Notes: a model not told the origin generated them from the sequence alone. A stretch of DNA of 64,000 nt from Histomonas meleagridis 2922-C6/04-290x (GCA_020184695.1 JAANOX010000140.1:1441-65440); one strand, 5' to 3'. Positions 25,101 to 38,000 are shown, numbered from the stretch's first letter. Translations and numbers: made by a program.

Positions 25101-28024
25101 TAAATGATATAAATAATTAAACCATTTCTCTGTTAAAAATAATGATTCAATTTTAATTTTTACTACAAATATTTTCAACCATAAATTGTTCTTTATTTTT
25201 AACTGAATTATATATTTGAATTAATACTTGATTAATAACATGACAAAAATTATCTAAAAATAATTTATTATTAATATTAGAAATTAATGATGAATGTAAA
25301 ATTGTATAAATATATGGTTCAATCTTAATTTTATTATATGTTAAAAGTTCTCGTAATGTAAAAACTAATGATAATTGAATATTTTCATTCTTATTACATA
25401 AAAAAATGGTAATAAATATTTTTAATAATTCTGGTGGCATAGCTGAAAACATTCCAATTAATTGAATAGAATTTTGTTGATATTTTAAGATATTTTTTTG
25501 TAATAATTTGTAATCGATTATAAATATAATATTTTTGGTATATTAGAATTATAATTAATAATACCTGATATAGATAAAAGCATCGCAAATGAATTAAACA
25601 TAAAATTAAAAATTAAAAAAATTTTATCTTTTTTTCAATTAATATATTAATTAAGAATTTAAATGATTTATTAATAACTTCTATTAAATCATTATCTTGA
25701 AATTCATGAATTAAATATTTACCAAATGATGAAATATAATAAATATAAAGTGATGGAACATTCCTTTTTTTATTTTCTTTAATTGTTAAACTAGGAAATA
25801 CTTTAAGTTTTTCATCACTAACAATACTAACTGCTCGAATAGATCGACGAATTGCATCTCGTGATATAATTTCTTCATAATTCTTAAGAAATGTACTTAA
25901 AAAGAAATTTTTCGGTTTCAAGTTTTTTACACATTTTTAAAACCATTTCTCGAATATATGGTAAATTCATACATAATCCTATAATTAAGACATATGTTAA
26001 TGAATTTAATGTATTCTTATTAAATATAATCCCTTCATATTTAGATGCTTTAACTACCATCTTTAATGTAAATATTAAAAATTTCAATAGATGTAGGACT
26101 AAGTTGATTTTCAATAAAAAATAAACAAATATATGAAATAATCTTTTCTGAATATTCAGGAAATCGATGAATTAATGCTTGTAATACTCGAATACCTAAT
26201 GAACCAACGCGTGGAACATTTAATGGTGAATAACAAATACATTTTAATAATTCATCATTAGGTTCAATTAATACTATTAATCGTAAAAATGCATATCGTG
26301 TTTCATCAAATTTTAATGATAATAATGTATTAATTTTAGGTTGTTCTAATTCTTCCATTTTATAACTTTCAATAATAATTTGTTCATTATCTGTAACCCA
26401 TTTAGAGATAGATTCAGTAATATTCTTAGGTTTCTTATGTTTATTAAAAATAGGAAATGTAGTATCACCAATAATTAATATCATATTTCGTAATGCTACT
26501 TCTTTTAGTTTCAACTGCTGATATTAATGATTTTGTAAATGAATTTGTAGTAAATGGAATTTTTACATGTAAGACTAACGTTTTTTTATCTGGTTGTAAT
26601 TCATTTTAAACTAATTTTAATGGCACGTTCATTAAGTTCAATAATATCTTCATCTGTAATATTAGAATTTATTATTAAAAATTCTTGAAGATTGGCAAAA
26701 ATAGTATGAAATGCATTACAAAATGATATTTTATAAAAATTAAATAAATTAAAATCATCAATTAATTGTGGTACAAATTTATGTAAAAAAATTTGAAAAT
26801 CATATGAAGCTAATAATTCAAATAATCCAGTGATCTCTGAATGTGATTGATCAAATTGATTACCTTTAGTTTTTAATAAATTTAATATAATGGGATAAAT
26901 TTCTTCAAATTCTTCCGATTTCCATGAAAAATATGGATGTTTAAGTTTCATTTCATATGTACAATAATATCGTTGAAAATAAAGTTTCATTTCAATAGAT
27001 TCAATAATTGATGACGCTAATATTTTATTATTAATATTAGGTTCAATAAATTCTTTATAAAAATCTTCAAATTTTAAACGTTCGTGTCCATTAATATCAT
27101 AATTAGTTAATAATGATAAAAATTTATATGAATTATCTTTAACTTTAACTTCTGTACAAAAATCAACAGTAGTATTATATATATTTCGAATAATTTCTTG
27201 TTCTTTAACTTTATTAATAGTTTGAATAGTAATATTTAACTATATACTCTGTACAATCAATATGATACGATGTTTCTTTTGTTACTTTCTTTATAAAGTT
27301 CATATGATTTATTTAAAATATCAAGAATATTATTAATATCAATGTCTTCAGCTAATGTAATCTTACTGAATAATATTATAAAACAATGCGATTGAATATC
27401 ATTCATTTCATTTAATTTAGATAACTCACCCTGAAGACAATTTAATGTAATATCGGGACGTTTCTTTGAGATAAAATAAACTAATTTAGAATAAGCTTCC
27501 ATTAATGCTAAAAAATATGCATTATTTAATGGAATAGATTGTAAATCCAAATAAAGTGATATAACTTTTTGTAAAACATAATTAAATTCTTCATATGTGT
27601 CTGATTGATTAAATAATTCAATAGTAAATGATGCTAAACAGCGACTTAAAAAAAAGCGAATCGCTGTAATAGCAACAATATTATTAGGACTAATATTAGG
27701 AAAATAACTTAAAAACGCTTTCTTACCTGTGGAATTTGCTTCACTCTCTAATAATGGATAAGCTTGTGAAAAAGTAATATAACTTTGCATAGGATTAGAA
27801 GCTCCAAAAATAGCACAACTTGTAAGAAATTTCATTAATGAATCATCATTAAAACTAAATCTTTGTAAATATTTCAAGAAAACTTCTCCTGAACTTTCAC
27901 TATTTAATTCAACAATCTCTGGTAATTCATCTAAAAATCGTTGACAAATAACAGATAACGCTGTAGAAAATGATTCTAATTGTTTAGCTAATATTGACGT
28001 TGTGGTTTCATTGCTTGGTTTCAT
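22184..28024 (-). CDS. Furry/MOR2-PAG1/Tao3-like large helical scaffold, left copy (~1940 aa, many frameshifts)
   Basis: C-terminal EWGLCC..IATNALKIF...EIFWTGF..ENEYQSIYESGLSII..FHGLINILL resembles MOR2-PAG1_C (WAL.C..HLA.RSFQIF..QLFW..E.EF..L..F.GLQ.LL). The fragments tile one gene. Confidence 0.6.
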
Positions 28025-28252
28025 CTAGTTTTTTTTTGTGTACTTTGGGGTGCCCCTCGCTGTCAAAAATGGTGTGAAAAAAAAATGCCCAAGAAAGTTT
28101 TCAGTGGAAAAATGGTCATATGCTTTGTTTCCTTAATATAAATGCCACGACCTTTCAATGCTTTTTTGACAGTTTCAAAGGAATAAAAATGACAATTTCT
28201 AGAGAACATTTTATTGAGAGATTTAGTCACATATTTATATTTTCCTAATATA

Positions 28253-31200
28253 TTATTTTGTCTTTTGATCACAATCTATTTGTATTGACTTTAAGTAAAT
28301 TGTTCCTTTAGTACAAATCGTCAAAAGTGATTCATTCATATTATCAAAATCGAATCCTAAAACTTTTTCTTCTGCTTTAAACAACATACTTACACGGTCT
28401 GGATAATACGCTTCAAAAACATATATTTCATTTTCTTGAGTCGAAAATGCAACATAGTCAAATCCGTCATTCCTTGTGAATGTAAACCATTGTTGTACAT
28501 CATAATCAAAGTTGGAAACTTTAATTATTTCCCCATGAATATTCATTAAAACCAATTTATTTTTAAATAACAACAAAACAATTCCCCATAAATGTGTCAT
28601 TAATATTTTCAATACTTCCGTATTAAATTTAGTATGACTTATTTTATGTAGATTATAAATTCCAAAGGTTACAACAGATCCATTTGTTGTCGCATAAATG
28701 ATAACTTTAAAGTTCCAATTAACATGAACAGAAACAATTGAAGCAGTTGTATTCCATAAAACAACTGGTTGATTTGGAATTTCAACCGAAGCAAAAGTTG
28801 ATAAATTTGGACAATAAACAATAAAACCATTTTTTACATAAATATAATTAGTTTCTGACTTTAATGAAAATGTTTTCGATAATTTTGCATCAGATGATAA
28901 AAAAGTAATTAATCTTTTTTCTTTTTCAAAAACAATGAATTCTTTTGTATCACAATCCATTGTCAAATTCCCTTTATATGGTATCGAATCAATTATTTCA
29001 TATTGACTTGAATTAAAATCATTTGTTTTTATATTAACTTTTATTAAATTTCCATTTTCTAACGTTAGTAATAAATTAATTTTTCCAAGTGAACTTATAC
29101 TTGCTTTATTATTAACAATTATTCCTGGATAAGTAATTTTCATTAATTGTTGATTTTTAGAAACAAATTTATTTCTTTTTGGATGAGAAGAAATGAAAAT
29201 TTGTCGATGTGGAATAGAAGAATGTTTTTTTCCAAAATTTTTATCGATCCATTTATTTAAGTTTGAAGAAACATATTCACTTTCTAATATTTTTCGATTT
29301 AAATAAATAAAATCAAATGTATTTGAAGCCCATTTTGGTAATAATTTATTGCTCCATGAATATTGGAAGAAAAATATATCTGATACAACTGATGGCTTAT
29401 TAATTATCCATGATGGATCATATTTATCATTAAATGGAATTTTTATATAGTCGACAATTGGATCTTTATATGAATAATTAAATGATTTATCACTTGGATT
29501 CAACGAATTAAAATCAGAAAGAATTGATGGGAAAATTGGATAAAGATTAATATCATTAAAACTTCGACCACTTATTAAATTTATTTTTAGTATATATTCA
29601 AAATTAGACATTAAATGATTACACCATTTATATGTAAGATTCATTGATGCAAATAAATCTGATGAAATTGATTTTTGCAAAAGTTGAATTGATGGAAGAG
29701 AAACGTCTAATAATGCCTTAAGAACTACTGAATATTCAATGTCTATAAAATCAAGAAAATAATTTTTTCCATTATTTAAAAATATTTCAATTCCTGAGCT
29801 TCGATTACTTATTCTTCTTGTTAAAATCATAATAATATCTTTTAAATTTATGATTTTATTACATAATGTAATTTTCGATTCATATAAATTAAATAAATAT
29901 TGCGTTGTGCATGAAAGTTTAATTCGAAAACATTTGTGCGTAAAAAGAGGAGATTTAGGATTTGGTTCATTAATAACAGGTTTTTTAGTTGAGTTTACAA
30001 TTAAGTATGGTAAACAAATTGGTCCCAATTGAGATGAACGTTTTTTAGTTGGAAGAATATGCTCAGGAATATCAAATTTAAGAAATGCATTATTAATATC
30101 ATTGTCTAAAATTTGAAATGAAACATTTTTGAAATCATTGAACGTTATTGTTACTTTTGACAAAATAATTAATGCATTACGAATTGTACTAATTATTGAT
30201 TGAGATAACTTTTTAATATTATTTTTGATTTCAGTATCATATAATGCTTGAAATGATTCAAATGTATTATTAATAAGTTCAAATTTTTCCAAATCAATGT
30301 CTACTCTATTGGAAAAATATTCTAAAATAATAAACAAATGACTTAAATTAGAAAGAAGATCTTTATGTGATTGATATATTTTAATTAAAAAATTAAGTTT
30401 TTCTTGTTTATAATATTTAGTTGAAAACTTTAACATATAATTAGTAAAGTTTGAAGCAAAGAAATGTTCAATATGACCAATGCTTGTTAATGGAGGATAT
30501 GAAATATTATCATTTTTTGTAATTTGTTTTGTATAGAAAATAGAGTTTTGGTATTCATCATCAATATCATCAATTTCTTTTGGCAAATAACACATAAATA
30601 ATGAACAAAAACATTTAATAAAACAATATTCATATAAATCAGCATGAATAACTTTGGATGATAATATGTTTGTAGAGATTTGATAACAAAAATCATAATC
30701 ATAATTATATGCCGCTTCAATCAATCCAATAATTTGTGTTATTTCATCAAAATATTTAATTGGTTGTTTTGAATGCATAATTAATGAAGACAAAAATTTC
30801 CCATTTACATACATATCATTTTCTGTCCCATTTAAAGCAATTAATAATGGAAACAAATACCAAAACTCTCTAAAATCAAATATTTTCTGATTGATTGAAT
30901 GTAGTGAAGCAGAAACTAAATTAAGATAATTTCCTTTCAATTCTAATGCAATAATTGAAAGAAAGAAATGAAAGTTTGGATATTGCGGAAGAAATGCAGT
31001 GATTCGCTCAAATAATAATGGTAACATTTTACTAGATGTTAATGCTAATGCAGCAGCAATCATTTTCTGTGATATTTCATTTCCACTCATTTTATATATA
31101 ACTAAAAGTACCTTTTCTACAATATCAATATTTTCATGTGTCAAGAAATGATATAATGAATTTGTACTTCTGTTGTTTTGTATTTCAGATAAAAAATTAT

Positions 31201-34200
31201 CATCAATACAAAGAATAATATCAAGAAGAGATGATATTGTTTGATAAGAAGTAGAATTATATAAATGATATAGAATAATATCAATATCTGTGTTTTCAAT
31301 ATTTAATCGAACAATTCTTTCAATTAAGCGTTGGAAAATGCTACGACATAAAATAATATCATTTTTCGTATATTTTGATGAGAATACACAAAAATCTGGG
31401 ATAGAAATCTCTGGAATAAGTTTTTCATTATCTTTAAAACAAAAAATAATGATAAATTGATTTAGTAATGTTCTAAAAATTGACATTTCATGGAATAAGT
31501 ATTGATATTTAATAACAAATGAATGTGATAAATAATTTAGAACTGCTTTAAGTGTTTTTGGATCTGATCTTGTCCATAACCACATATTAAGAAGAAGACT
31601 TTCGATCCATTTATGTAAAAGTGGCTTATATGTAATATGTTCGAAAATAGAAACAATTATTAAAAACATATCATAATTTAATAAATTTATATTTGACATT
31701 AAATAATTATAAATATTATCAACAGAATTAAACGAAAGTTGTATCTCATTTGATAATGAAAACATACCATCAATAATACATAATAATTTTTTTGGATATT
31801 CATCAAATTTATAGGGAACAAATTTCTTAAAGAATGAACAAAGAGAATTTATAAATCTTTCATTCAGAATAAAATCAATAATATTTGCTGAATATTTTTC
31901 ATACATATTATTTGATTTATCTTTATATATCGTTTTTTCGTTAAATGTAAAATTAAAAATATAACCAATTTCATTTCCAATCCATTCATTTGATGCATTT
32001 TCAAATCCGCCAATAAATAATTTAAAATTATCAGAGTCAAATCCTTCATATCTTAAAGAGATACCACGAAACTGATTACCATTAATTTTAGGTACAACAT
32101 TTAAAATATCTTGATTATGTTCAAATGTAATTCGAAAATTAAAATAACCTTTTGAAAGTGGTAAAATTCTAACAATTTGAAATACAGCTCTTGTTAATTG
32201 ATGTTCATAACATAAATAAAGAGAAGATTGATTCAAGAATATACTAATTGAAGTTTGATTCATATCATCTAAAATCGTAAAAAGATACAATGAAATATTA
32301 GAAGAAAAAATTGATTTTAAATCAATCATTAAATCAAAACTGATTTTAATATCATTATCAAGTGTTGGTTTATCAATATTAAATGATGTTAATAATTTTG
32401 GTATTGCTCCAACATTAAATCTATTTGAATCAATTCCTGATGAATAAACAATGGACTTTAATAAACAATCAGCAGATATTAAACTAATTTCATCGATATT
32501 ATTGGTAAGAATTTTTAAAAATTGATTAGCTGTTCCATAACTTGATTTATGAATAATAATTTTGGATAAAAATGGTAAAATAATTTTTTTAATTTCTTTA
32601 AATGAAAATTCAAAATTAATATTCATTCCTCGATAATTTACAGAACCATTTTTCGATTTCAATGAAACAAATTTTATTAAAATATAATCTAAATCACCTT
32701 CGACACAATATTTATAATTAATTTCTGAATATTTACATAATGAAATAAATTTTTCAAGGACTTTTATATGTTGTTGGCTACCTTCATAAGTTTTAAGAAT
32801 TAATGGAATAACAGAAGGTTTTCGAATATGATAAAAATTTGAACAATTATTCGAAAGGCTTAATAAATTATTTAAATGTTGAATAGTTTCTTTTGATGGA
32901 ATTTTGCCATCTATTGTTTTAATACATTCACCAAAAAGTTGCAAATATTCGAAAGAAATTGGATCCTTTTGTATTTTTAAATGAATTTCAAGAATTGATA
33001 AACATGTATCCAAAAATTCTTTTTTAGTAATTAATTTTAGTAGTGTGAAAATGTTTGTGAATATTGTCTCAACATATTTATAAATTGAAATATTATTTAT
33101 AATAGATGAATATAATGAATCAGATACTTTTATACATAAGTTAATAAGCATTTGATTTCTTGAATTATAATAACATTTTTGAAAAAAAGTTTTTAAATGT
33201 TTTGTTGTGACAGAAAAATTCAGATTTAAAGAGTTTGATAAAACATTTCGGAGAGAAATTATAAGCATGTCAGAAATATTTTTTTCAGTAAGATAAATCA
33301 TGTAATAATTCATGAAAGATGATTTTGTAAATGATTGAGCATATCCACTTAATTTAAGTAAAATATTTACATTATCTTCATATGCTTTTTGATTAAACTC
33401 TGATGTATTATATGTTTGATAATTATAAATAGATGTTTGCGAAAGCATGTTAAGGTTATCATTTTCTAATAGAATTGAAATATCATAAAATTTATGGTAA
33501 TAAATAATTCGAACAAATAATTCTGTTTGTAAAATTGGATATTTTGATGAATTATTTAATAATAAAAATATTTTTTCTGGATCTATTTTACCAATTATTT
33601 TTATTACTTTGTTTCTTAAGAAGTTTATAAAATAATCAAGTTTTTGATCACTATATATTGTAAGAGTTGGCATAAATATGATGGTATCAATAATAATTAA
33701 AATAAATTGATTTAATAATGATTTATTTGAAATTATTTCCATTATTATAATTAATGATGCACAAAATTGCAAATATCTTCCATCACTTTTTAAAATAGAA
33801 ATTAAACCTGTATAACTCGAAAAAAATTCGGATGAATAAATTGGTAAAGATTGACGTAAGCATTCGCCAATACATTTAATTGTATTTAGTGCATTGACGC
33901 CAAATAAACCTTTATATTTAATTGTATTATGAATATGATTAAGAGAAGAAAAAGTGATAGATTTTGGAATTATTTCTCTTTCATCTAAGAAATTTAATGA
34001 AGAATCAATTGACAAAGATTTTGAAAATTCATATGAAACATCATTAATATTTAATGAAGTTGATATTTCATTATGTCCAAGAAATAATAAAAGAGATGAA
34101 GGAAGAGCTTTAAATAATTCTATAAAACCTTCTGATTTAAGTTTCCTCCCGACCATAGAAAGAATATTTAAACAACGCTTATCAAGGCTTTGAATATGAA

Positions 34201-34891
34201 CTTTGAGAATTGGTTGAAGTAAATCAATTTGTTCCCAATCAATACATTCCCTGTTTTCTGAAATAAGGGAAGAAATTGTACAAATCAAAGAGGATTTGGT
34301 TTCTGTTGAACCGATTTTGTTGACAAAAGTAAAGAAACGAATCATTGTCATGTAAATATTGTTCTGAAGAGATGTATCAAGAATTAAAAAAGAGAAAACA
34401 AGTTGAAAAGCATTTTCGTTCCATTGAATTACATTTGGTTTAATGGACGTTTTCAATAGCTTCATGAATGCATAAGAACATACAAAAGAAATTTTAGGAT
34501 TTAAATTAAACGTTTGAAATAATATATGCATCAAGGAAATAAATTCATCTATAGTTCGCTTGTGCTTATCATCAAAACACCAAGAAATGCAAATCCAAGA
34601 TGAACATGCAAATAAAAATTCATTATACTTGTTATGACATTTAATTTCATTATTCAATGCATCAATAAAATTTTGATTAAACGTAAAATCAATTTGTGCC
34701 TTTTTGATGCATGTTTTCATGGATTTCTCTTTTTTAGATAAGTTACTAAATTTAGTGATATTAGTTTTTTCAAAATTTGGAAAACATCGAAAATTTTGCG
34801 TTTGAATTTGCTTTTCCTTTCCTATTTCTCTAATCTGTTGTATTTCATTAAGCAATGTTAATAAAGGATATCTTTTTTCATTAGTCGCCAT
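28253..34891 (-). CDS. PH-BEACH-WD40 domain protein (beige/LYST/neurobeachin-like), 2212 aa, single copy in the spacer
   Basis: PH-like segment (..RR..NRSSGIEIFL.NGKNYFLDF), BEACH motifs W...MSNFEYILKINLISGRSFNDINLYPIFP and LPKWA..FIYLNRKILESEYVSSNLNKWIDKNFG, and C-terminal WD-like repeats. The ORF is uninterrupted. Confidence 0.92.
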   Translation of the reverse strand: MATNEKRYPLLTLLNEIQQIREIGKEKQIQTQNFRCFPNFEKTNITKFSNLSKKEKSMKTCIKKAQIDFTFNQNFIDALNNEIKCHNKYNEFLFACSSWICISWCFDDKHKRTIDEFISLMHILFQTFNLNPKISFVCSYAFMKLLKTSIKPNVIQWNENAFQLVFSFLILDTSLQNNIYMTMIRFFTFVNKIGSTETKSSLICTISSLISENRECIDWEQIDLLQPILKVHIQSLDKRCLNILSMVGRKLKSEGFIELFKALPSSLLLFLGHNEISTSLNINDVSYEFSKSLSIDSSLNFLDEREIIPKSITFSSLNHIHNTIKYKGLFGVNALNTIKCIGECLRQSLPIYSSEFFSSYTGLISILKSDGRYLQFCASLIIIMEIISNKSLLNQFILIIIDTIIFMPTLTIYSDQKLDYFINFLRNKVIKIIGKIDPEKIFLLLNNSSKYPILQTELFVRIIYYHKFYDISILLENDNLNMLSQTSIYNYQTYNTSEFNQKAYEDNVNILLKLSGYAQSFTKSSFMNYYMIYLTEKNISDMLIISLRNVLSNSLNLNFSVTTKHLKTFFQKCYYNSRNQMLINLCIKVSDSLYSSIINNISIYKYVETIFTNIFTLLKLITKKEFLDTCLSILEIHLKIQKDPISFEYLQLFGECIKTIDGKIPSKETIQHLNNLLSLSNNCSNFYHIRKPSVIPLILKTYEGSQQHIKVLEKFISLCKYSEINYKYCVEGDLDYILIKFVSLKSKNGSVNYRGMNINFEFSFKEIKKIILPFLSKIIIHKSSYGTANQFLKILTNNIDEISLISADCLLKSIVYSSGIDSNRFNVGAIPKLLTSFNIDKPTLDNDIKISFDLMIDLKSIFSSNISLYLFTILDDMNQTSISIFLNQSSLYLCYEHQLTRAVFQIVRILPLSKGYFNFRITFEHNQDILNVVPKINGNQFRGISLRYEGFDSDNFKLFIGGFENASNEWIGNEIGYIFNFTFNEKTIYKDKSNNMYEKYSANIIDFILNERFINSLCSFFKKFVPYKFDEYPKKLLCIIDGMFSLSNEIQLSFNSVDNIYNYLMSNINLLNYDMFLIIVSIFEHITYKPLLHKWIESLLLNMWLWTRSDPKTLKAVLNYLSHSFVIKYQYLFHEMSIFRTLLNQFIIIFCFKDNEKLIPEISIPDFCVFSSKYTKNDIILCRSIFQRLIERIVRLNIENTDIDIILYHLYNSTSYQTISSLLDIILCIDDNFLSEIQNNRSTNSLYHFLTHENIDIVEKVLLVIYKMSGNEISQKMIAAALALTSSKMLPLLFERITAFLPQYPNFHFFLSIIALELKGNYLNLVSASLHSINQKIFDFREFWYLFPLLIALNGTENDMYVNGKFLSSLIMHSKQPIKYFDEITQIIGLIEAAYNYDYDFCYQISTNILSSKVIHADLYEYCFIKCFCSLFMCYLPKEIDDIDDEYQNSIFYTKQITKNDNISYPPLTSIGHIEHFFASNFTNYMLKFSTKYYKQEKLNFLIKIYQSHKDLLSNLSHLFIILEYFSNRVDIDLEKFELINNTFESFQALYDTEIKNNIKKLSQSIISTIRNALIILSKVTITFNDFKNVSFQILDNDINNAFLKFDIPEHILPTKKRSSQLGPICLPYLIVNSTKKPVINEPNPKSPLFTHKCFRIKLSCTTQYLFNLYESKITLCNKIINLKDIIMILTRRISNRSSGIEIFLNNGKNYFLDFIDIEYSVVLKALLDVSLPSIQLLQKSISSDLFASMNLTYKWCNHLMSNFEYILKINLISGRSFNDINLYPIFPSILSDFNSLNPSDKSFNYSYKDPIVDYIKIPFNDKYDPSWIINKPSVVSDIFFFQYSWSNKLLPKWASNTFDFIYLNRKILESEYVSSNLNKWIDKNFGKKHSSIPHRQIFISSHPKRNKFVSKNQQLMKITYPGIIVNNKASISSLGKINLLLTLENGNLIKVNIKTNDFNSSQYEIIDSIPYKGNLTMDCDTKEFIVFEKEKRLITFLSSDAKLSKTFSLKSETNYIYVKNGFIVYCPNLSTFASVEIPNQPVVLWNTTASIVSVHVNWNFKVIIYATTNGSVVTFGIYNLHKISHTKFNTEVLKILMTHLWGIVLLLFKNKLVLMNIHGEIIKVSNFDYDVQQWFTFTRNDGFDYVAFSTQENEIYVFEAYYPDRVSMLFKAEEKVLGFDFDNMNESLLTICTKGTIYLKSIQIDCDQKTK

Positions 34892-35066
34892 TGTCTTTGT
34901 ACCTATCGTTTTCTACAGTTGAAACGATATGAAATTTGAATGGATTATTCGAAAGTGTAAAGCCCTCATCAACCACAGCCAATTTTCATAGTTTACGAAA
35001 AAGTGTCAAACAAAAAACTATTTGACAACACAGGGCACCTCAATAACATATTATAAAAAGAACGAG

Positions 35067-38000
35067 ATGAAACCAAGCAATGAAACCACAACGTCAATAT
35101 TAGCTAAACAATTAGAATCATTTTCTACAGCGTTATCTGTTATTTGTCAACGATTTTTAGATGAATTACCAGAGATTGTTGAATTAAATAGTGAAAGTTC
35201 AGGAGAAGTTTTCTTGAAATATTTACAAAGATTTAGTTTTAATGATGATTCATTAATGAAATTTCTTACAAGTTGTGCTATTTTTTTGGAGCTTCTAATC
35301 CTATGCAAAAGTTATATTACTTTTTTTCACAAGCTTATCCATTATTAGAGAGTGAAGCAAATTCCACAGGTAAGAAAAGCGTTTTTTAAGTTATTTTTCC
35401 TAATATTAGTCCTAATAATATTGTTGCTATTACAGCGATTCGCTTTTTTTTAAGTCGCTGTTTAGCATCATTTACTATTGAATTATTTAATCAATCAGAC
35501 ACATATGAAGAATTTAATTATGTTTTACAAAAAGTTATATCACTTTATTTGGATTTACAATCTATTCCATTAAATAATGCATATTTTTTAGCATTAATGG
35601 AAGCTTATTCTAAATTAGTTTATTTTATCTCAAAGAAACGTCCCGATATTACATTAAATTGTCTTCAGGGTGAGTTATCTAAATTAAATGAAATGAATGA
35701 TATTCAATCGCATTGTTTTATAATATTATTCAGTAAGATTACATTAGCTGAAGACATTGATATTAATAATATTCTTGATATTTTAAATAAATCATATGAA
35801 CTTTATAAAGAAAGTAACAAAGAAACATCGTATCATATTGATTGTACAGAGTATATGTTAAATATTACTATTCAAACTATTAATAAAGTTAAAGAACAAG
35901 AAATTATTCGAAATATATATAATACTACTGTTGATTTTTGTACAGAAGTTAAAGTTAAAGATAATTCATATAAATTTTTATCATTATTAACTAATTATGA
36001 TATTAATGGACACGAACGTTTAAAATTTGAAGATTTTTATAAAGAATTTATTGAACCTAATATTAATAATAAAATATTAGCGTCATCAATTATTGAATCT
36101 ATTGAAATGAAACTTTATTTTCAACGATATTATTGTACATATGAAATGAAACTTAAACATCCATATTTTTTTCATGGAAATCGGAAGAATTTGAAGAAAT
36201 TTATCCCATTATATTAAATTTATTAAAAACTAAAGGTAATCAATTTGATCAATCACATTCAGAGATCACTGGATTATTTGAATTATTAGCTTCATATGAT
36301 TTTCAAATTTTTTTACATAAATTTGTACCACAATTAATTGATGATTTTAATTTATTTAATTTTTATAAAATATCATTTTGTAATGCATTTCATACTATTT
36401 TTGCCAATCTTCAAGAATTTTTAATAATAAATTCTAATATTACAGATGAAGATATTATTGAACTTAATGAACGTGCCATTAAAATTAGTTTAAATGAATT
36501 ACAACCAGATAAAAACGTTAGTCTTACATGTAAAATTCCATTTACTACAAATTCATTTACAAAATCATTAATATCAGCAGTTGAAACTAAAGAAGTAGCA
36601 TTACGAAATATGATATTAATTATTGGTGATACTACATTTCCTATTTTTAATAAACATAAGAAACCTAAGAATATTACTGAATCTATCTCTAAATGGGTTA
36701 CAGATAATGAACAAATTATTATTGAAAGTTATAAAATGGAAGAATTAGAACAACCTAAAATTAATACATTATTATCATTAAAATTTGATGAAACACGATA
36801 TGCATTTTTACGATTAATAGTATTAATTGAACCTAATGATGAATTATTAAAATGTATTTGTTATTCACCATTAAATGTTCCACGCGTTGGTTCATTAGGT
36901 ATTCGAGTATTACAAGCATTAATTCATCGATTTCCTGAATATTCAGAAAAGATTATTTCATATATTTGTTTATTTTTTATTGAAAATCAACTTAGTCCTA
37001 CATCTATTGAAATTTTAATATTTACATTAAAGATGGTAGTTAAAGCATCTAAATATGAAGGGATTATATTTAATAAGAATACATTAAATTCATTAACATA
37101 TGTCTTAATTATAGGATTATGTATGAATTTACCATATATTCGAGAAATGGTTTTAAAAATGTGTAAAAAACTTGAAACCGAAAATTTCTTTTTAAGTACA
37201 TTTCTTAAGAATTATGAAGAAATTATATCACGAGATGCAATTCGTCGATCTATTCGAGCAGTTAGTATTGTTAGTGATGAAAAACTTAAAGTATTTCCTA
37301 TTTTAACATTTAAAGAAATTATAAAAAGTAATGTTCCATCACTTTATATTTATTATATTTCATCATTTGGTAAATATTTAATTCATGAATTTCAAGATAA
37401 TGATTTAATAGAAGTTATTAATAAATCATTTAAAATCTTAATTAATATATTAATTGAAAAAGATAAAATTTTTAATTTTAATTTTATGTTTAATTCATTT
37501 GCGATGCTTTTATCTATATCAGGTATTATTAATTATAATTCTAATATACCAAAATATTATATTTATAATCGATTACAAATTATTACAAAAAATATCTTAA
37601 AATATCAACAAAATTCTATTCAATTAATTGGAATGTTTTCAGCTATGCCACCAGAATTATTAAAATATTTATTACCATTTTTATGTAATAAGAATGAAAA
37701 TATTCAATTATCATTAGTTTTTACATTACGAGAACTTTTAACATATAATAAAATTAAGATTGAACCATATATTTATACAATTTTACATTCATCATTAATT
37801 TCTAATATTAATAATAAATTATTTTTAGATAATTTTTGTCATGTTATTAATCAAGTATTAATTCAAATATATAATTCAGTTAAAAATAAAGAACAATTTA
37901 TGGTTGAAAATATTTGTAGTAAAATTAAAATTGAATCATTATTTTTAACAGAGAAATGGTTTAATTATTTATATCATTTAAATACACCTGAATCATTAAA

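Larger units (their letters stand above)
1..28030. repeat. Left arm of a ~28 kb inverted duplication (mirror of 35061-62559)
   Basis: Base 1 onward (aaaatacggtttctgc) is the reverse complement of ...gcagaaaccgtatttt ending at 62559. The inner boundary agatgaaacc maps 28026 to 35065. The same 11 genes occur in mirrored order and strand. Confidence 0.98.

Noticed and set aside
28063-28272. 69-aa ORF with YSFETVKKALKGRGI, faintly like a Tc1/IS630 helix-turn-helix
   Set aside because: It is too short, has no DDE domain, TIRs or TSD, and overlaps the BEACH stop, so a transposon call is not supportable.
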